Shown here: piece by piece, positions 60,579-64,000 of the stretch
Layout of the letters: every line of letters begins with the position of its first letter
How positions within the stretch are numbered: position 1 is the stretch's first letter
Notes under the pieces: generated by a model
Told to the model about the DNA's origin: nothing
The model's database searches: none
What the model saw: the letters and a program-made list of their open reading frames with translations, nothing else
Translations under genes and position numbers: made by a program
From: an uncultured Clostridia bacterium
GTDB lineage: Bacteria; Bacillota; Clostridia; TANB77; CAG-508
Direction of reading: 5' to 3'
Assembly: GCA_947623285.1 (NCBI GenBank)
Contig: CANQGP010000001.1
Coordinates: forward strand, 99,384-163,383
Length of the DNA stretch: 64,000 bases

Positions 60579-63500
60579 TTAGCTAATATTCCATTTGTTA
60601 TTTGAACCCTTTGTGATTGAAACAGATTCGGGAAGATAAACTACGGGGCGCAAGCTATAGTTGGTATTGTTATAGGTGCTAGTGTTGACACTGCCGCCAT
60701 AGCCCACACGCATAACACTGCTAGCGTAGTTAGCAGAAGGAGAAGCTAACCAGAAGCCATAGCAATTATTCCAAGCGGAATTCGTGCTAGGATGAGGATA
60801 ATAAAGAGTATTCTTCCAACCCGCATATTTCTGTATAACTGAACCATCTATATAAGTTGAAGTTCCTTTATCTGATGTACTTATAAAATATCCGGTGGTC
60901 GTTGGGGTTGCATTGCAATATATCTTCTCTGTTGGATATTTAGCATTCCAACTTGCACACCATAATTCAATCGTCGGACTTCCTATTGCCTGTGCTCCTT
61001 TAGATTTTAGATCTGATGTTACAAATTGATTTGTCCATACACTTGTATCTAATAATTCTGCTACTGCTTTTGTATTATTTTGTGATTGACTCTTTGCTTT
61101 ATCGTAATATGCTCTTGTGAAGAATCTATCCGCTAAGGTTGTAGAAGTAATTACATCCGCTATTGAATTACGTTTCCATCCACTTCCTGACCAATACACA
61201 TTATATGTATTACCTTTCGTCATACTTGTTCCTGATGGAAGATTAGAATTATTCATATAATCTCCTGCTATTAAATATTTGTCTCCTCCATTTGCGTAGA
61301 ATAATTTCCAATCTGTTATTCCTCCGCATGAATAATTTGTATCTCCTCCAAATTCTTCAGGGTCTGAAGGTTTAACCGCAGTTTCCCAAACTGCATACAA
61401 TGTCAAATCTTTTTCTTCTGATACACTAATTTCATCTCCTGCTGAACTCTTTGGATATGTTGGATTTGAACTTTGCCCTGAACTTGTACTCCATCCAAGG
61501 AAGTTAAATCCTTCTTTTGTCGGTTCTGTTGTTGTTAATTTTGGCTTATCGTATTCGATACTTGTGCCACTATAGTTTTTATATGCTGTTCCCTCGGAAT
61601 CAGGAATTGTATTACTAGTTCCATTTTTTCCGTCTTGCAAATCATATTTGATTTTTACTGTTTTCTGATATGTCTGATAGTACTCTGCACTTTCTTTGAC
61701 TTGGCCTATTGAAGCGTTATTGTCATATGATTTTTCGGCTTTTGCAGAAGTTCCATCAGATGCCCAGTATCTATTATTATATCCACTTGGTTTTTGAGTA
61801 TCTCCTGGTTGTCCAAGGTTTACATTTTTTGGATATTGTGGGCTATTTCCTACTGATTTTATTGTGAATGTTAAATCATCCATTGTTGCAGATTGCCATA
61901 CATGTCTTGTTATTTTCTCTGTTTTTGTATGTCTTGCATAATATGTTATATATGGATTTGTTTCACCATTTGCTAAATTAATTTTTGTTTCTTCATATCC
62001 ATCTGATGTTTTTACCCATCCGTCGAATGTCCATGCTCCCGTATCTGAAGGTGTTTTTATTGTGCTTCCAGATGGTGCATTCGTTATTGCTAATCCCTTT
62101 GTTTCTTCATTAGCACGAAGTAATGCTTGTGCATTTACTTTTTGGGTTGAATTGTCTCCAAATGTATATGTTATTTCTACTGGATATGTATAAACCATGT
62201 GATATGTTGTGTCATTAAATAGTTCTTCAGTTGGTTCTCCACCTAATGCTACATCTGGGTCTGCTGTTATAGCAGAGGTGCTCTTTAGCCATCCTTTAGG
62301 TGTTGCTGTTACATTTTTTGAGCTATTTATTGATGCACTTACTGTATCACTTGCACTTCCTCCTAAGTTTGGTTTTACTCCTGTTGCTTCACCTTTGTAG
62401 TTTCCTACAACTGTTGTATTTCCTACCTGACTTTCGGTGTTTTTATATGTTACTTTTGTTATTTTTATATCTTTCTTATATACTGCATAATACGTTGTTC
62501 CTAGTTGTACTGTAGGAGTTACTGGATCTGAACCTGTTTCTACATTTGTTACTCCCACATAAGGTATTCCATCTTTTCCTGTACTATTTGAAACTGCTAG
62601 TGGAACTGTTATTTTTTCATCATCTTCTATTTTTCCTGCATAGTTCATTTTTGCTCCTACAGAAGTTGTTGTTCCTGCGCTAGAAGGTTCTCCATTATAT
62701 CTAAATGTTATTGTTTGTGTTGATTCATATAATGCATAATATTTTGCATCTTCTAATGCTTCTATTTCTTTATCATTTGCTGTAATTGTATCTGGTGTTG
62801 GGTCATCTTTATCTGTTTCTGCAGCCCATCCTCTTGATGTATAATTCGTATTTGCTGTTGGGGCATGTCCTATGCTTTTCTTAAATGCTACTGTCGTATT
62901 ATCATATTTTTTATATGCTGGACCTGTCAATGGTTCCATTGTTGCACTATCTCCATCTTGTGTACCGTTGTAAATGACTCTAGTTACTGTTACTTGCTTA
63001 CTATATAATGCATAGTAATCTATATCAGTTGCTGGAGAAGCTGGTGCTTTATTTGGATGTTGTGCTGAAGGCTCTAAATCTTTTTCTGCCTCTAGTACCC
63101 ATCCTTGGAACTCCCATGTTGCATCTTCTGTATCTGTTGGTGCTTGTAGAGTTGCACCTGTTTGAGTATTTTTATAATCTATCGTTTTATTAGGATTTTC
63201 TACTTGTGTTTTACCTTTATAATGGTATGTTACGGTTATTCCTTTTTGATATACCATATAGTAGTTATAAGCTGCTGCTTCTGCATCTAATTCTATTTCT
63301 GCTTTATTTCCTTTTATTTCAACAAATGCGTCAGTTACAGCTGCATCTGCTTGGTTTGACCAACCTTTTGCTGTAAATCCATCTTCTAATCCTACTGTAG
63401 GTGTTGTATCTCCTGTTTGTAGGTCTACTTTAGGTTTTACTAAACTGTCGTCACTGTAACTTCTATATGCTGTTGCATTTATAACCTCTAATGATTTATT

Positions 63501-64000
63501 TAAGTAAACTGTTCTGTTTACTGTTAAGTCTTTCTTAAATGTTGCTGTTAATGTATCACTTTTATCTGTAACACCTACTGCTGGGTCTACTATTGAGCTT
63601 TCGTCTGTCAAGTCATCTGGGTTTGTTGTCCAACCTCTCCATGACCAACCTTTGCTTTCTAATTCTGGTGGAACTGTAGGGTTTTGAATTGATGGGTCTA
63701 ATCCTCCACCTTGATTATTTCCTTCTGAGTCGGTGTATACATCTTGTTGTTTTTGTTCTGTTTGTCCATCTCCTGTTTGTACTTGTGTTGAAATTGAGTG
63801 TTTATATATTGCATAATAATTTGTATCTTGTAATATTTGTGCATCTCCATTATTTTCAACATCTGGTTTTTGTACATCTGCTCCACTTTGTAAGTTTTTC
63901 AAAAACCAACCAACTGGCTCTGCTGTTTCTCCATCTATTGTTGCATTATCTGCTTTTCCTAAGTTTATTGTTGCTGGCTGTGGCTTATATGTTTGAGATG
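60579..64000 (-). CDS. DGR target: large surface protein with Listeria-Bacteroides (InlB B-repeat / Flg_new) repeats and a C-terminal variable ligand-binding module; 5' end outside the window
   Basis: The frame stays open to the right edge, so the M at 63902 is a TTG artefact. At least 8 repeats end in (G/R)W...D, and the last reads EGFNFLGWSTSSG...DLTLYAVWE. The C-terminus is NCYGFWLASPSANYASSVMRVGYGGSVNTSTYNNTNYSLRPVVYL. Confidence 0.8.
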   Translation of the reverse strand, partial: SQTYKPQPATINLGKADNATIDGETAEPVGWFLKNLQSGADVQKPDVENNGDAQILQDTNYYAIYKHSISTQVQTGDGQTEQKQQDVYTDSEGNNQGGGLDPSIQNPTVPPELESKGWSWRGWTTNPDDLTDESSIVDPAVGVTDKSDTLTATFKKDLTVNRTVYLNKSLEVINATAYRSYSDDSLVKPKVDLQTGDTTPTVGLEDGFTAKGWSNQADAAVTDAFVEIKGNKAEIELDAEAAAYNYYMVYQKGITVTYHYKGKTQVENPNKTIDYKNTQTGATLQAPTDTEDATWEFQGWVLEAEKDLEPSAQHPNKAPASPATDIDYYALYSKQVTVTRVIYNGTQDGDSATMEPLTGPAYKKYDNTTVAFKKSIGHAPTANTNYTSRGWAAETDKDDPTPDTITANDKEIEALEDAKYYALYESTQTITFRYNGEPSSAGTTTSVGAKMNYAGKIEDDEKITVPLAVSNSTGKDGIPYVGVTNVETGSDPVTPTVQLGTTYYAVYKKDIKITKVTYKNTESQVGNTTVVGNYKGEATGVKPNLGGSASDTVSASINSSKNVTATPKGWLKSTSAITADPDVALGGEPTEELFNDTTYHMVYTYPVEITYTFGDNSTQKVNAQALLRANEETKGLAITNAPSGSTIKTPSDTGAWTFDGWVKTSDGYEETKINLANGETNPYITYYARHTKTEKITRHVWQSATMDDLTFTIKSVGNSPQYPKNVNLGQPGDTQKPSGYNNRYWASDGTSAKAEKSYDNNASIGQVKESAEYYQTYQKTVKIKYDLQDGKNGTSNTIPDSEGTAYKNYSGTSIEYDKPKLTTTEPTKEGFNFLGWSTSSGQSSNPTYPKSSAGDEISVSEEKDLTLYAVWETAVKPSDPEEFGGDTNYSCGGITDWKLFYANGGDKYLIAGDYMNNSNLPSGTSMTKGNTYNVYWSGSGWKRNSIADVITSTTLADRFFTRAYYDKAKSQSQNNTKAVAELLDTSVWTNQFVTSDLKSKGAQAIGSPTIELWCASWNAKYPTEKIYCNATPTTTGYFISTSDKGTSTYIDGSVIQKYAGWKNTLYYPHPSTNSAWNNCYGFWLASPSANYASSVMRVGYGGSVNTSTYNNTNYSLRPVVYLPESVSITKGSNNKWNIS
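60641..60764 (-). repeat. DGR variable repeat (VR), 124 nt, ending in the GC-rich IMH-like GCTTGCGCCCCGTAG
   Basis: Colinear with the five TR segments. Homology stops exactly after CCCCGTAG. Most differences from the TRs fall where the TR has A. Confidence 0.8.

Overview
AT-rich (roughly 70% A+T by eye) chromosomal segment of a low-GC Gram-positive bacterium. It is probably Clostridia-like Bacillota: class-A RNase P RNA, der-plsY-gpsA synteny, and TGA used as a stop codon. All calls rest on motif recognition by eye; no database search was run.

The window has three blocks.

(1) 1-28.5 kb is an all-minus-strand cell-envelope glycopolymer locus. It contains ricin-lectin autolysins, several polyprenyl-phosphate-sugar GT2 plus polytopic GT-C-like or flippase modules, cytoplasmic GT2/GT4 enzymes, a SAM methyltransferase with a degenerate paralogue, and a Wzm/Wzt-type ABC exporter. 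Two genes carry frameshifts, and one of them carries the same frameshift twice inside a perfect 117-nt repeat.

(2) 28.7-52.2 kb holds housekeeping genes: rplU-rpmA, feoAB, rnpB, dtd, gpsA, plsY, der, pyk, pgi, a UPF0182 protein and ftsY. These are interspersed with small accessory genes (two Nudix, ATP-grasp, a Phd-like antitoxin, and two hydrolases with degenerate active sites) and a few short intergenic repeats.

(3) 52.4-64 kb is a diversity-generating retroelement (DGR). It has a reverse transcriptase (RT), Avd, two MutS-domain-I-like accessory genes, and an InlB-B-repeat surface protein with a 124-nt variable repeat (VR) at its C-terminus.

The DGR is the main finding because it is atypical in four ways. 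It carries five template-repeat (TR)-like cassettes of about 400 nt, most with promoter elements (a full -35/-10 only in A1 and A2) and all with their own terminator, arranged in two opposed arrays. The cassettes differ from each other at the same AAY codons that are hypervariable in the VR. Rpn/YhgA-family nuclease genes sit inside the locus. The RT is inverted and lies about 5.6 kb from avd.
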